Virus record (IMG/VR): IMGVR_UViG_3300038415_000126
Span: 1 to 64,000 of that record
Direction: 5' to 3' (one strand)
Origin: a virus
DNA length: 64,000 nucleotides
The notes below the pieces were generated by a model, which was not told the origin of the DNA, ran no database searches, and saw only the letters and a list, made by a program, of their open reading frames with translations. A program made the position numbers and the translations under genes. This document shows, in pieces, positions 9,054-18,796 of this stretch. Numbering within the stretch: position 1 is the stretch's first letter; every line of letters begins with the position of its first letter.

Positions 9054-9372
9054 CAGGGTGTTCTTCCTCGATTGGTACAATGGGTGCTGGCGGGTAGTCT
9101 CGGTCGAGGCCACGTGCGACCTCACCGTAGGTTGGTCGATGAGCTATCTTCTCGCGACGACACCAGACTTCTTTAGTCGGGACGTCGGAGGGCTCTCCAC
9201 GGGCCGCGCAGAGAGTACAGATCGCCACCTGTGCACCTGGCTTACGGTCAGGGAGCGACGTCCACCAAGGCGAAGCCGTACGACAGAAACAGCACTTCTC
9301 CTGCTCAGTATTCTGAGTCAGTTCGTCATCAGGCTCTCGGTGGATGGGGATTGGCATTTGGCGTATCCTCAC
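8959..9372 (-). CDS. Zinc-finger hypothetical protein
   Basis: CCFC...CTLC; class 1 promoter at 9376-9404. Confidence 0.55.
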   Translation of the reverse strand: MRIRQMPIPIHREPDDELTQNTEQEKCCFCRTASPWWTSLPDRKPGAQVAICTLCAARGEPSDVPTKEVWCRREKIAHRPTYGEVARGLDRDYPPAPIVPIEEEHPDDSLQQPRSRNQSPKHHPVSPSKARRSRNKV

Positions 9373-9442
9373 AGAGTATTACGCCCCAGCTCCTCAGTTC
9401 TCAACCAATTACTTGTGAAAAGTATATGGCCGGCTATAAAGT

Positions 9443-10093
9443 CTATATAACCCAGGGTCTTTTGTACCGGCTAGGTCTGAGTATAGTACCGAGTGGTACT
9501 AGTCCTGAGCACCCCTTAGCGTCGAACAGCACCCAACATGGTTTACCGGCGACGAGGGCAGTGAACTTGCGAAGAGCCGGAGAGTAGAATGGTGCTGGAT
9601 CCTTTGAATGCCATCGTTGGCAGGTGGAACACGTTGTGGGTCCGGGAAGACCAGTCCACCCAAAAAAGTCAGGTACCTGCTCGGCGTTCAAGAAGCCCAG
9701 GGCTTCTTTTGAGTAGGCCATCGCAATGTCGACTGTTGTTCTTGCACCCTTACGACACCACAGGTCAATCAGGTCAAGGGTCCCTTCGTAACTTGGACCC
9801 ATGAAGGACTTTGAGTAGCTGACCAAGTTCATCGCTAGTGAGTTGACCATATCGACGATATCCTTCTCAAATCCTGAGATACGGATACGAGGTAGTGTGA
9901 CCTCCAAACTATTCACCTCTCGTGTACACTCAGCTATTCCAGATTCAGACCAGTTAGTAACCCCCAGAAGGCTATGACCTATCTGCCCGTCAGCCCTGAC
10001 TAGGAACACGTCATCTTTGATCTCAACCCTCCTAAGTAACTTGAGTGGATCGTTCCCTTTCCTGGTGAGCGCCCATAACCGAGTGTTCATCAA
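9443..10093 (-). CDS. Hypothetical protein with C-terminal tag
   Basis: Ends RPSRYKRPWVI. Confidence 0.75.
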   Translation of the reverse strand: MMNTRLWALTRKGNDPLKLLRRVEIKDDVFLVRADGQIGHSLLGVTNWSESGIAECTREVNSLEVTLPRIRISGFEKDIVDMVNSLAMNLVSYSKSFMGPSYEGTLDLIDLWCRKGARTTVDIAMAYSKEALGFLNAEQVPDFFGWTGLPGPTTCSTCQRWHSKDPAPFYSPALRKFTALVAGKPCWVLFDAKGCSGLVPLGTILRPSRYKRPWVI

Positions 10094-10234
10094 CGCTTGC
10101 CTTCGATGAGGTGAAGTTCCTTGAGTAGCTTGTCAGCCATGTCGCGCTTACCAGCTCGTCTTGCCCAATTGATCTTCAGGAGAAGGGCTAGACAAGCTTC
10201 CAACTTGGGGGATGGCTCACGCTCAGGTTGAACT

Positions 10235-10588
10235 TCAGTTTGGGGCATCAGCGCCCTCCCCACAGGGTATCACTTCGAGGGGGTACTTTGCTAAAGGCCA
10301 AGCCATTAATCGAGCCAGGTACACGAGCTTGCAGCCTAATTCCATGTAAGCTTGCTCGTACCTAGGACGACCTTTCGGGAAAACCCAGATGGAATAGTTT
10401 GGGGCTTCCTCCAAGGTCAATACAGGAGGGGGAGCTCCTTCATATGGTATGCCTCGAAGGATCGTGAAGTCGAGTGACCCTCCAAACAAGTCAGCGGCCA
10501 GGTAGATGAACTCCTGAGCCTTGGCGAAGTCCTCGACCGATACGAACAAACCACCGTGCTCTCGAACGTTAAACTCTACTTTTGGCAT
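10235..10588 (-). CDS. Hypothetical protein
   Basis: 117-aa ORF in the cluster. Confidence 0.6.
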   Translation of the reverse strand: MPKVEFNVREHGGLFVSVEDFAKAQEFIYLAADLFGGSLDFTILRGIPYEGAPPPVLTLEEAPNYSIWVFPKGRPRYEQAYMELGCKLVYLARLMAWPLAKYPLEVIPCGEGADAPN

Positions 10589-10591
10589 GGG

Positions 10592-10894
10592 TTACACCAA
10601 GAAGTTACTGAGTAGCTTCTTGGACTTTCGTAGGTTGGTGATCAGGTCAGCTCGTGCGGCATTTTCAGTCTTACCGGTACCCCCAAGGGTTGGACTTCCG
10701 AGGGGTAGTTGCACTGTGAAGCTCCAAGAATGGTCCCCGAACTTGTTCAAGGTGATGTGGACATCGAAGCGGTTGTACGTGTTGGTCCACATGTCAATCC
10801 TAGGGTCCTTCTCAAGCTTCCACCCTAGGACGTACTTGATGCTTAATTCTTCCGGTTTGGTCTTAGCTTTGGCTCTGGTCTTATCTTTAGGCAT
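10592..10894 (-). CDS. Hypothetical protein, G.TE..AR family (with 22252-22503 and 36381-36656)
   Basis: WSFTV...GKTENAAR versus WSIAI...GATERIAR and WTITV...GSTERKAR. Confidence 0.6.
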   Translation of the reverse strand: MPKDKTRAKAKTKPEELSIKYVLGWKLEKDPRIDMWTNTYNRFDVHITLNKFGDHSWSFTVQLPLGSPTLGGTGKTENAARADLITNLRKSKKLLSNFLV

Positions 10895-11200
10895 GACAGC
10901 ATGCCTCCGGTGGCTTCCCTGAGTCCCTACAGCTCACCGTAGTGCTGCAGAGCATTGGTGTTTGAGACCAACTCGGACCAAAGCTCCCGGGCTCTATCCA
11001 GCACTCAGCGTACTCAGGGTAGCACTGGGTCTCGTGGTGGCAGTAAGCCCTAGCCGTAAACGATGTCTCGACCAGGTAACCCGCATTGGAGACTGAGTTA
11101 GGGGACACTAGGATCTCGGAGGGGAGATCTCCGAGACCTAGAGCTATTACGACCGGCGGTATGTACCCGCACATAAACCACGGTAACATGGCTGTCAACG

Positions 11201-11728
11201 CTACATCAGCACGGGACCATTGTCAATCGACTGTTCTACTTGGAACCCTCCGCACTCGGGGCAATGGCAAGAAGTTTCTCTGCTTGAGTACTTAGACCAT
11301 TCAGCCGGGTAAGGGACGAGGAATGCCCAGTAGATGACCTCAACGAGGCCAGCCCGGCTTGGATGAGGGTCCCAGAGTAGCTCTCCGTAGCGCGCGACCA
11401 CAACATGGTTTTCCCTAGACGCTGGGGTTCGGACTGTCTTGCCAGACATGAAGTGGATACCCGGATCCTTGACTTCGAGGATGCTCATGAAGTGCGGCTG
11501 CAAATTGACGTAAGCGAGCCCATGATGCTTCTTCAAGTAGGCTCCCAGCTCATTGCTGTAGAAGGGCTCGCGTCGAGTCCAAGTCCCACTCTCCTCCGGG
11601 TTTGGCTTGTACCAGAGGTCACAGACTGTTTGATCGGGCAGCTTCTCTGGGGCAAGATCTAACACACAAGCAACGGCAGTTTGCCAACAGTTACCAGGAG
11701 ATAGAACGGTTTGAGTACACTCAATCAT
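11201..11728 (-). CDS. Papain-like (C39-type) cysteine peptidase-fold protein
   Basis: Q.....GNCWQTAVACVL, HVVV and LLWDP give the Cys-His-Asp arrangement. Confidence 0.6.
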   Translation of the reverse strand: MIECTQTVLSPGNCWQTAVACVLDLAPEKLPDQTVCDLWYKPNPEESGTWTRREPFYSNELGAYLKKHHGLAYVNLQPHFMSILEVKDPGIHFMSGKTVRTPASRENHVVVARYGELLWDPHPSRAGLVEVIYWAFLVPYPAEWSKYSSRETSCHCPECGGFQVEQSIDNGPVLM

Positions 11729-12028
11729 GCCTCCTAGCTACACCTAGGGAAACCCATGAGGTGGATCTTTGTTTGAGGCGAGTATTAGTGCTGGTGTACC
11801 TCCCCAGGTGACACTTACTCGACTGCGTCGTATGTACTTGGTGGCGATCAAAGGCAGATGGCGCTCGCGCTTCATTCGCTGCTCAGTATGCAAGACTACT
11901 ACCCCATACTCACGGATCTGTGAAGGGTATCGGCCGTGGCTCGACTGTGGTCACTCACTGGATGACCATGCGCTTACACTTAACCTGAGAAAGATGGGCG
12001 TTGAGTTCAGACCGAGCACCCCAGGAGA

Positions 12029-12304
12029 TTGATCATGAAACTACTGGAATGGATTGCCCGTTGGTTGGAAAAGAGAGGGGCTCTACCAACCCACCACACG
12101 AAGGACCCACGACTATTGCCTTCTAAAGCCCTGCTCAGATCCGGTGACCCACCACCTCACAGAAGCGTTGAGGGCAGGTGCTACATCTGCCCTCAATGTG
12201 GGCATGCCATTGACACTCGGTATGCCTTGAAGATGATAAGCGAAGAAGAGATAGATGAGCTCCGGTCTAAGATCCTGAATATGAAGTACACACGGATGAA
12301 GTGA
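12029..12304 (+). CDS. Zinc-ribbon hypothetical protein
   Basis: CPQCGH; GGAG Shine-Dalgarno upstream. Confidence 0.5.
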   Translation: MIMKLLEWIARWLEKRGALPTHHTKDPRLLPSKALLRSGDPPPHRSVEGRCYICPQCGHAIDTRYALKMISEEEIDELRSKILNMKYTRMK

Positions 12305-12308
12305 CCCG

Positions 12309-12722
12309 CTACTTGACTGCAATCAACGATTGCGACGAGCGAGTCTTTAGGGTTGACTCCATACTGTTAACTGCTGAACGCATTGAGGCGACCGGGCTGA
12401 CCTTCAACTGGGTCTCAACGCCGATGGTGAGTTGTTTCGTGGCCGCTTCGATTTGTTCGATCAGGTCAGTGAGGCCAATGAGGTTTTCGCCGATTTCAGT
12501 AACCGCTTCGAGCAACACTCCAGAGAATTCATCAAACTGAGGAGTGAACCGTTGGACACCCTTGGACGGGGCCAAGGTGGACTTCAGGACACCATCTTGA
12601 GTGATCTCGAAGTGAGTCACAATTTCGGAAAACCGGGTCTGAGCATTAGTTGCTCTTTGGATCAACTCAGGAAGTATTTTTAGGATCTGCGCTTGCTTCA
12701 GGCTTGTCGTCTGTTTCATCAT
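12309..12722 (-). CDS. Helical/coiled-coil hypothetical protein
   Basis: AGGGG SD; class 1 promoter at 12774-12802. Confidence 0.65.
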   Translation of the reverse strand: MMKQTTSLKQAQILKILPELIQRATNAQTRFSEIVTHFEITQDGVLKSTLAPSKGVQRFTPQFDEFSGVLLEAVTEIGENLIGLTDLIEQIEAATKQLTIGVETQLKVSPVASMRSAVNSMESTLKTRSSQSLIAVK

Positions 12723-12811
12723 TATCCCCTATTGGGTGCGTTGTAGTCTCGATACTTTCGAGGTACTCAGATGATATTACGCGCCAGGTCGAGAGATCTC
12801 AACAAGACAAG

Positions 12812-13177
12812 TCAGATTTGTAGTACAGGGTAGACAAGTGGCGTCCTAACCTCTGGATAATGTTTACTTCCATCATCTGGGCCGCCGGGCTTGCATACTA
12901 CTTGGACTTTGGCTCCTAGGCTCTCAAGTTCCCGGCGGACCATCTCCGCATCGGAGTCCTCGAACCAAGAGCACAGTAGCGGGAGGGGTAACTTGACCGC
13001 CATCACTTCGGCTAGTGAGTATACGAACCGTTGGCGCAGATACTGGCGGACGCGGTTCGGAGTGGGTCCAAAGGAGGTCAGCGTCGCATGGTACTCATCC
13101 CCGTAGTCGACACAGAAGGGCATCTGCGCGACAAATAGTATACTTGATAGTTCGTCAGGGTTCATAGTATCTGTCAC
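12812..13177 (-). CDS. Ribosomal bL12 (L7/L12) C-terminal-domain-like protein
   Basis: TLTSFGP..NRV...LR......SLAEV...LP.......SDAEMVRRELESLGAKVQV follows the bL12 CTD pattern. Confidence 0.55.
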   Translation of the reverse strand: MTDTMNPDELSSILFVAQMPFCVDYGDEYHATLTSFGPTPNRVRQYLRQRFVYSLAEVMAVKLPLPLLCSWFEDSDAEMVRRELESLGAKVQVVCKPGGPDDGSKHYPEVRTPLVYPVLQI

Positions 13178-13631
13178 GCCAGATCTCGCCGGTGAAGGAT
13201 TGGTTGACTAGGTCGTACTCCATACCAATCGCTATGGTCTTCTCAGGATCTATTTCCCAGGATGAAACTTTGAATGACACCCCTTGGTGTAGCCCCGAGG
13301 TTGCGTAGACCCACCTGACACTCATGTGGTCTCCGGTCTCAAGGTTGAATAATCCAACCCCAACCCGTTGGGCCACAAGTCTAGTCTGGCGTTGAAGCCT
13401 CAGGTCCTCCTCCCAAGCTATAATGTTTTCCCAGGTCACGTCTGAGAATTGAGGTAGATCTGAGGTGGGTCGATCTCTAGGTTCAAACTTGTGTGGGATA
13501 GCCTGAAGAGCCGCATTGATAGCAGCCTTACATTGTGGGCAGTGGTCTGTAGATGACTCTGAAGAACGGTCGTAGGAGTTCCAAAGGTAGATGACCTGAC
13601 AGTGTTTGCATCGGATGTAACGTTCGATCAT
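13155..13631 (-). CDS. Zinc-ribbon hypothetical protein
   Basis: CKHC...CPQC. Confidence 0.65.
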   Translation of the reverse strand: MIERYIRCKHCQVIYLWNSYDRSSESSTDHCPQCKAAINAALQAIPHKFEPRDRPTSDLPQFSDVTWENIIAWEEDLRLQRQTRLVAQRVGVGLFNLETGDHMSVRWVYATSGLHQGVSFKVSSWEIDPEKTIAIGMEYDLVNQSFTGEIWRDRYYEP

Positions 13632-13879
13632 ATAATTGGATCCCTCTCGTATCGACTCTTGACCAGGCCTCTTTGCCTCAGCTCGTGGGTCAAGTTTCGA
13701 ATGAACTCCTTCTTGTTCCGGAACTTGGCCCTGACCTCAGCGTTGTTGTCCCAGATAGCTCCGACCACCCCAGCCGCGGTCTCGATGACGATCTCCTCGG
13801 CTGGTTTACCAGTGATCCCGTTGTCCGCGAGGACCCAAGTGATTGACTCAATCAGCCTCTGGTAGTGGCCAGGGTTCAT
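13628..13879 (-). CDS. Hypothetical protein with C-terminal tag
   Basis: Ends VKSRYERDPII. Confidence 0.75.
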   Translation of the reverse strand: MNPGHYQRLIESITWVLADNGITGKPAEEIVIETAAGVVGAIWDNNAEVRAKFRNKKEFIRNLTHELRQRGLVKSRYERDPII

Positions 13880-14295
13880 ATCACCGGGTCCCTCTCGTAG
13901 CGGCTTGGACGTGGGCCTTGGTATGGTTCCGGTGGGTTACGATGTGGATATCCGTCAATTGTTCGAAAGGCATCGACAACATCCATTGCTAAGTCGCCTA
14001 CCCTACTCAGAAGAGATATATTGTTGAGAATACTTGGGTTATCACCTAGGTTTCCGAACCTGGGTGTCGGGATCTGGTGAACCCAACACCTCCACATTAA
14101 CCGGGGATGCATGAGGGGGTCTACATAGGAGATGGGTCTAACATCGAGTAGATCAACGAGAGCCAGTATGTTTTGAGATCCATGTATGTTCTCTATTGCA
14201 TGAAGGAATACCTCGTACCTGTCAGATGTCTCAGTGTCTGCGACGACAACGAAGTTGCAGTTACTGATGATATTGCGGTTGACTGCAAGAGGCAT
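13876..14295 (-). CDS. Hypothetical protein with C-terminal tag
   Basis: Ends RPSRYERDPVI; start at TGATG overlap. Confidence 0.7.
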   Translation of the reverse strand: MPLAVNRNIISNCNFVVVADTETSDRYEVFLHAIENIHGSQNILALVDLLDVRPISYVDPLMHPRLMWRCWVHQIPTPRFGNLGDNPSILNNISLLSRVGDLAMDVVDAFRTIDGYPHRNPPEPYQGPRPSRYERDPVI

Positions 14296-14558
14296 CAGCC
14301 GTGTCCAGTGTAGAACTCCCAAGCGCTCTGCTCTTCGCTCCAGCACCAACCAAGCTTCTTGAGTTGCTTGATCTCGTCGGTTGTGAAGGACAAGTCTTCC
14401 TCAGGACTCTGTGTGGGGCCGACGTAGACTCCCTTGTCGAGCGCAATCAGGGTGACCTTCTTGTTGTGCTTCTGGATGATGCTGACCCCATAGAGGATGG
14501 CGCGGGCGCTCTTCTCAGCAGGGGAGCCTGGCTTGTTGTCTTCAGGTAGAGTGTTCAT
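14295..14558 (-). CDS. Hypothetical protein
   Basis: Coupled ORF in the cluster. Confidence 0.6.
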   Translation of the reverse strand: MNTLPEDNKPGSPAEKSARAILYGVSIIQKHNKKVTLIALDKGVYVGPTQSPEEDLSFTTDEIKQLKKLGWCWSEEQSAWEFYTGHG

Positions 14559-15025
14559 CGGGCTGGGGCCTCACAACCTGGTTGGATGTCCCTCTTGGGT
14601 ACACCAATATCTTCCAGGAACTCGTCACTCGAAACATAGGTTCGACCTGTCACGAAGCCAATCAACTCGGCAAGGACAACCGCGTCGGCCGCAGACACCT
14701 TGAGCTTCTCTCGAACGTACTCCCAATGGAGTAGGCCGCCCTGGTTGTCGGTCACTACCATCGACGGCATAGGTGAATAGCCAACGTGGGTCACTAGCCA
14801 ACCAGTGCTATCCGGACCCAACCCGAATCGGTCATTCACCTCAGGACTCAATCCAGAAAGGTTCGTGAACGTGACGGTGTAAATACTGCCATTTCCAGGA
14901 GCATAAACGACAACCTCTGTACCTTGGATGGTCTCTCGGTTGCGGATCCCCTCTTCGATTGTCTTCTTAGTACGTACTTCGAGGCGCATTCGCGGGATGC
15001 TACTCTGAACTACCAAGAAAAGCAA
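14555..15025 (-). CDS. Hypothetical protein
   Basis: Coupled ORF in the cluster. Confidence 0.65.
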   Translation of the reverse strand: MLFLVVQSSIPRMRLEVRTKKTIEEGIRNRETIQGTEVVVYAPGNGSIYTVTFTNLSGLSPEVNDRFGLGPDSTGWLVTHVGYSPMPSMVVTDNQGGLLHWEYVREKLKVSAADAVVLAELIGFVTGRTYVSSDEFLEDIGVPKRDIQPGCEAPAR

Positions 15026-15032
15026 TACCAGA

Positions 15033-15512
15033 TCAAATGACCCATGGGCGCTCGTATCGACTCAATCGGATCACCGGGGCTTTGGTTTGGTTGGTCTGCA
15101 GCCATTGGTCAATGTTCGCTAGCCAGTCTCCGCCCCCGAAGACCGTTGGCCGCCCCTCGAAAGTTGGTATCAAGTCTGGCTCAGCGAAACAAATGGCCAT
15201 GGACCATTCAATGCCTTCATCGAGAGCACCGAGATCTACCACATAAAGAGTACCGTCGGTTATGCCAAACTCTTTACGTCCTTGGTGGACAAGATACCTG
15301 ACGTTGTTGAGTAACCTGTCACCGGTTTCGAACTTGTCTCGCCCACTGAAGGTGACCATGGGGATAGTCACACAATCATCACTGGTCCGGGCTGGGCTCT
15401 CGATGAGGCTATCAGCCCAAAGGGCTAGGACCTTTCCATAGGGAGGCATGACGAGGAATTCAACCTCGTTGGCCACCTTGGAGTGAACACGCTCCCAAGC
15501 CCGGGTCGGCAT
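15033..15512 (-). CDS. Hypothetical protein with C-terminal tag; paralog of 1248-1763
   Basis: Ends RLSRYERPWVI; start at TGATG overlap. Confidence 0.75.
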   Translation of the reverse strand: MPTRAWERVHSKVANEVEFLVMPPYGKVLALWADSLIESPARTSDDCVTIPMVTFSGRDKFETGDRLLNNVRYLVHQGRKEFGITDGTLYVVDLGALDEGIEWSMAICFAEPDLIPTFEGRPTVFGGGDWLANIDQWLQTNQTKAPVIRLSRYERPWVI

Positions 15513-15955
15513 CAGATCACCCAACTTCGTTCGTAGCGGCTCAACCTTCGTACCTGGGGGGTCGGAGTCCCCCACTCAAACGGCTTCTCAGGCTCACGGA
15601 GCATAGATGGGAACTGTGGGACAACATCCTTGTTCGTGTAGAGCATCCCATATCGGACCAAGGACCCAGGGGTCTCGTACCACGTCACGATGTTCATGAT
15701 ACCATCAACGATGTTGAAACCAAACCAATTCTTGGTGAGCCGCGCACCACCCTCGTGCGCCTTCTCCTCAATGGTGTTGATGGTAGCGTAAAGGAGTGGG
15801 ACTCTGATGATTTGATCCCCCGAACCATCCGCTGAGTAAGGAAGTAGTAAATGATCTATGCCGTTGAAGGCATACCCCTTACTTCCGTTGATTAACCTGA
15901 AGCTAACTTCCTCCTCTTGATGCTGGATTACAGACCATATTGTGGTGATTGCCAT
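15512..15955 (-). CDS. Hypothetical protein with C-terminal tag
   Basis: Ends RLSRYERSWVI. Confidence 0.75.
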   Translation of the reverse strand: MAITTIWSVIQHQEEEVSFRLINGSKGYAFNGIDHLLLPYSADGSGDQIIRVPLLYATINTIEEKAHEGGARLTKNWFGFNIVDGIMNIVTWYETPGSLVRYGMLYTNKDVVPQFPSMLREPEKPFEWGTPTPQVRRLSRYERSWVI

Positions 15956-16200
15956 CAGATCACCGGCTTCCTCTCGTACCGAGTTGGGATCATTGACTTG
16001 TATGCCTTATTCACCGCTTTTTCGAACCTACTCCTGAGCTCTGGGCTACTAAGGAGTGCGTCCTCTAGTCTCATAGCTAGGTCCCAGTGCTTGTCACACA
16101 TTGGGATTGGGGGTCGAACTCCGTCTGGATCTTCAAGGTGGTGGGTCACCGGATCTGAGCAGGGCCCTAGCAGGCCAGTACATACTTCAGGTTCGCTCAT
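15955..16200 (-). CDS. Small Cys/His-containing protein with C-terminal tag
   Basis: Ends IPTRYERKPVI. Confidence 0.75.
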   Translation of the reverse strand: MSEPEVCTGLLGPCSDPVTHHLEDPDGVRPPIPMCDKHWDLAMRLEDALLSSPELRSRFEKAVNKAYKSMIPTRYERKPVI

Positions 16201-16472
16201 TGGCGTAGCCCTTGAATGATCCCTTTGAGGATAAGATTGTCTCCATCGAAGATCCCGAAGTATACCTTATGACCTCGGCTTTCATGGTCGGAGATGAATC
16301 CAGATATCTCCCACATATCACTCTCATTACAACTATCAAATCTAGCAATCAAAGCACAATTGAGGCAACAGATCCCGGGTTCACTAGGTCTCACATCCTC
16401 ACTAGGTCCCACACCCTGTGGATCAGCAGGGTTTATATCGCTCTCTGAAACCTTGAAAACCTTGAACGTCAT
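16197..16472 (-). CDS. Hypothetical protein (CxxC...HxxxxH)
   Basis: Coupled ORF. Confidence 0.6.
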   Translation of the reverse strand: MTFKVFKVSESDINPADPQGVGPSEDVRPSEPGICCLNCALIARFDSCNESDMWEISGFISDHESRGHKVYFGIFDGDNLILKGIIQGLRQ

Positions 16473-16750
16473 CAGATCACCGGTTCCCGCTCGTACCGAG
16501 TCGGTGGGTCAACTTCCACGATCTCAATTCTCTTGATGTCAACTTCGTAGTTAGTCACTATCAAAGCCAGACCCTCGTTACCAACAATCTTCTCCCAGGT
16601 ATCCCGAAACTCCTCGACCTCTTTATCAATTAACCCTTTGACGTAGACTAGACAGATTTGACTATCATCAACCTCGACGGTCTGGATCGTAGCCTCACCT
16701 ACTTCGAGGACATTGACCGGAAGTAACTTGACTGTAAACCGTTTAGGCAT
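16472..16750 (-). CDS. Hypothetical protein with C-terminal tag
   Basis: Ends PPTRYEREPVI. Confidence 0.75.
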   Translation of the reverse strand: MPKRFTVKLLPVNVLEVGEATIQTVEVDDSQICLVYVKGLIDKEVEEFRDTWEKIVGNEGLALIVTNYEVDIKRIEIVEVDPPTRYEREPVI

Positions 16751-16758
16751 AATGGGAC

Positions 16759-17511
16759 TTACCCACCGTCGTCCATACCATCTGTCTCAACGACAGATGT
16801 GTAGTCCTCATCAAGTGCATGGGGTGGTCCATGCTTTGGGTCCATGAGCTTCATCCCATCCGGGAAGCGTCGTTTGATGGTTTTCAACCACCCATGGGTA
16901 TGAAGGTCTGAAACTAGTACAGTCAGATCACGCATCGAGTAGACATCCATCTGAAGAGGGCCCATCTTGACGACCCAGGAGTCCTTTCCTCCCTTGGGCT
17001 TCCAGGTGATGCCCTCTTCCCTGATACCCCCTTGGAAGGGCCACTCGACGGGTTCAACGAGGGGGCTACAGTCCAACGGTCCCCATTCCATTCCCAATGA
17101 GTCCGTGAAGGTGATGGTGTCCTTCGGAGTCACCCCAGTATCATGGTTGAAGTCACTAGTCGGATCAGTGACCCATTCATTAGAAGCCCACTCCCCAAAC
17201 CAAGACCCACTTCGAATCTTCTTGACACTCAGATCAAGTGACTCGATTTTGCTTATGTATTCGAGAGCTCTATGAAGATAGGCTTCCGCGAGACCTTCTG
17301 CATAAGGTACGAGGGTTGAAATCTGGATGTCATGGGGTCGCTTACGAAGAGGCGCCAGCATCGCCCAGTAGCCATCAATCTCATAGTTGTCGTGGATCTT
17401 CCACGGGAACCCTGTCTGGTCTAGTAGGATAGCTTCCGGTTGCCACATCGGAGGGGTCGGTAAGAAGACCAGTTCCAACGGTGTGTGCTTACTGACATTT
17501 GATCTCGCCAT
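16759..17511 (-). CDS. Trp-rich hypothetical protein
   Basis: 250-aa ORF. Confidence 0.7.
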   Translation of the reverse strand: MARSNVSKHTPLELVFLPTPPMWQPEAILLDQTGFPWKIHDNYEIDGYWAMLAPLRKRPHDIQISTLVPYAEGLAEAYLHRALEYISKIESLDLSVKKIRSGSWFGEWASNEWVTDPTSDFNHDTGVTPKDTITFTDSLGMEWGPLDCSPLVEPVEWPFQGGIREEGITWKPKGGKDSWVVKMGPLQMDVYSMRDLTVLVSDLHTHGWLKTIKRRFPDGMKLMDPKHGPPHALDEDYTSVVETDGMDDGG

Positions 17512-17750
17512 GGCAATCTAGCCATTACACCTGATTGACCAATGAATCAATCTCTCTTTAGTCACTAGGGTCCTGAAAGTCAGCGGGTACTGTAAACCCG
17601 CAGTCATCGCAGTCAATAGTGCTGGTTTTCCTGTAGCCAGCTCGCTGCTTTGAACCACACCAAGGACACGGGGAGCACCCGTAGATGTTCACTAGCTCGA
17701 CGAGTGGATCCCGAGTCACCGTGTTGGATGATGCTTCGATGTTCACGACT

Positions 17751-18110
17751 TCAACCTCTTAGCCGACTGAGGACAACATCCCGCAACTCCGGACCATACG
17801 TGTCCGCAATGGCTGGGTCAAGCTTCGACAGGATTCGGTCGAGCTTCATCCCAGCATCCTCGGCCTCTTGTACGAAGTGTTTCCAATCAGGGATGCAATT
17901 GCGGGAGATCAATGAGTCGAAGATGACGTCCAAGGGGAGCCCCTCGGTCTCGTACAGCCGGAATATACCCCGGATAACGGTTCTCCCGTCGGTTGTCTGG
18001 CCACTTGAAGAGAGCACTAGTCCAACTCCCCTATGTGCACCTTCGGGATAACCTTGAGGAACTCGTCGAGTGTGTAAACCGTAGGGTTCTCGATGCCATT
18101 CTCTTTGCAC
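17751..18110 (-). CDS. Stand-alone alanyl-tRNA-synthetase helical-subdomain-like protein
   Basis: IFRLYETEGLPLDVI resembles the AlaRS motif AFKLYDTYGFPLDLT; true start uncertain. Confidence 0.55.
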   Translation of the reverse strand: MQREWHREPYGLHTRRVPQGYPEGAHRGVGLVLSSSGQTTDGRTVIRGIFRLYETEGLPLDVIFDSLISRNCIPDWKHFVQEAEDAGMKLDRILSKLDPAIADTYGPELRDVVLSRLRG

Positions 18111-18252
18111 TCGTCAATACAATGACTGATTGAGAACCAGTTTTGAGTAATCCGAAACTCCTCGTACAGAAGCCTTGCCACCCCTCCTGGGATCTCCGGG
18201 TCGATGTCGCCCATGAGTACATACCCGACCAGCTTTTTCTCTGTAAGAGGCA

Positions 18253-18711
18253 TCAGTTCGGCGCCCCCCTACCAGTAGGCGCGAATGGGGTATGCGCATG
18301 AGGCTTGCCCGTGTCGCCACAGACATGACACTCGCGGCAGATTGGGCAGACTATACGGTCACACTTCTCGCACTTAGGGATGCCACCTTGGGCGAGCATC
18401 TCTTCCATCAACTCCCGACCTGTTTGCGCCATACCATCTCGGATGGACTTATCATCCTCCTCAGAGTGGGCTTTCAAGTAAGCATCGACTGTATCGAGAT
18501 TGCCTATCCTTTTGGCTATCTCGGATGCTACCCAAAGTAAGGACCGGACTTCCAGCAGGACCGCTGGTGTCTGAAGCAGCTCGTAAGTCTTATCATCCCC
18601 GAGTTGCTTGGCTGCCGCTACGGTCTTTCCGAACTCTATGAGTATCCGGAGCATTGTCCGACCTGAAAGGGTCAGCCCCTTCTCATCTCTTCCTGATTGT
18701 TGGTCACCCAT
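18253..18711 (-). CDS. Hypothetical protein with C-terminal Cys cluster
   Basis: CEKC..CPIC.ECHVC. Confidence 0.65.
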   Translation of the reverse strand: MGDQQSGRDEKGLTLSGRTMLRILIEFGKTVAAAKQLGDDKTYELLQTPAVLLEVRSLLWVASEIAKRIGNLDTVDAYLKAHSEEDDKSIRDGMAQTGRELMEEMLAQGGIPKCEKCDRIVCPICRECHVCGDTGKPHAHTPFAPTGRGAPN

Positions 18712-18796
18712 AAATCACCAAAAAGTGCACCACTAAAGTCCAAAGCTGTCATGAAGTCAACAACCATTGAGTATTTTGGTGTAGTGTTACACCAAA

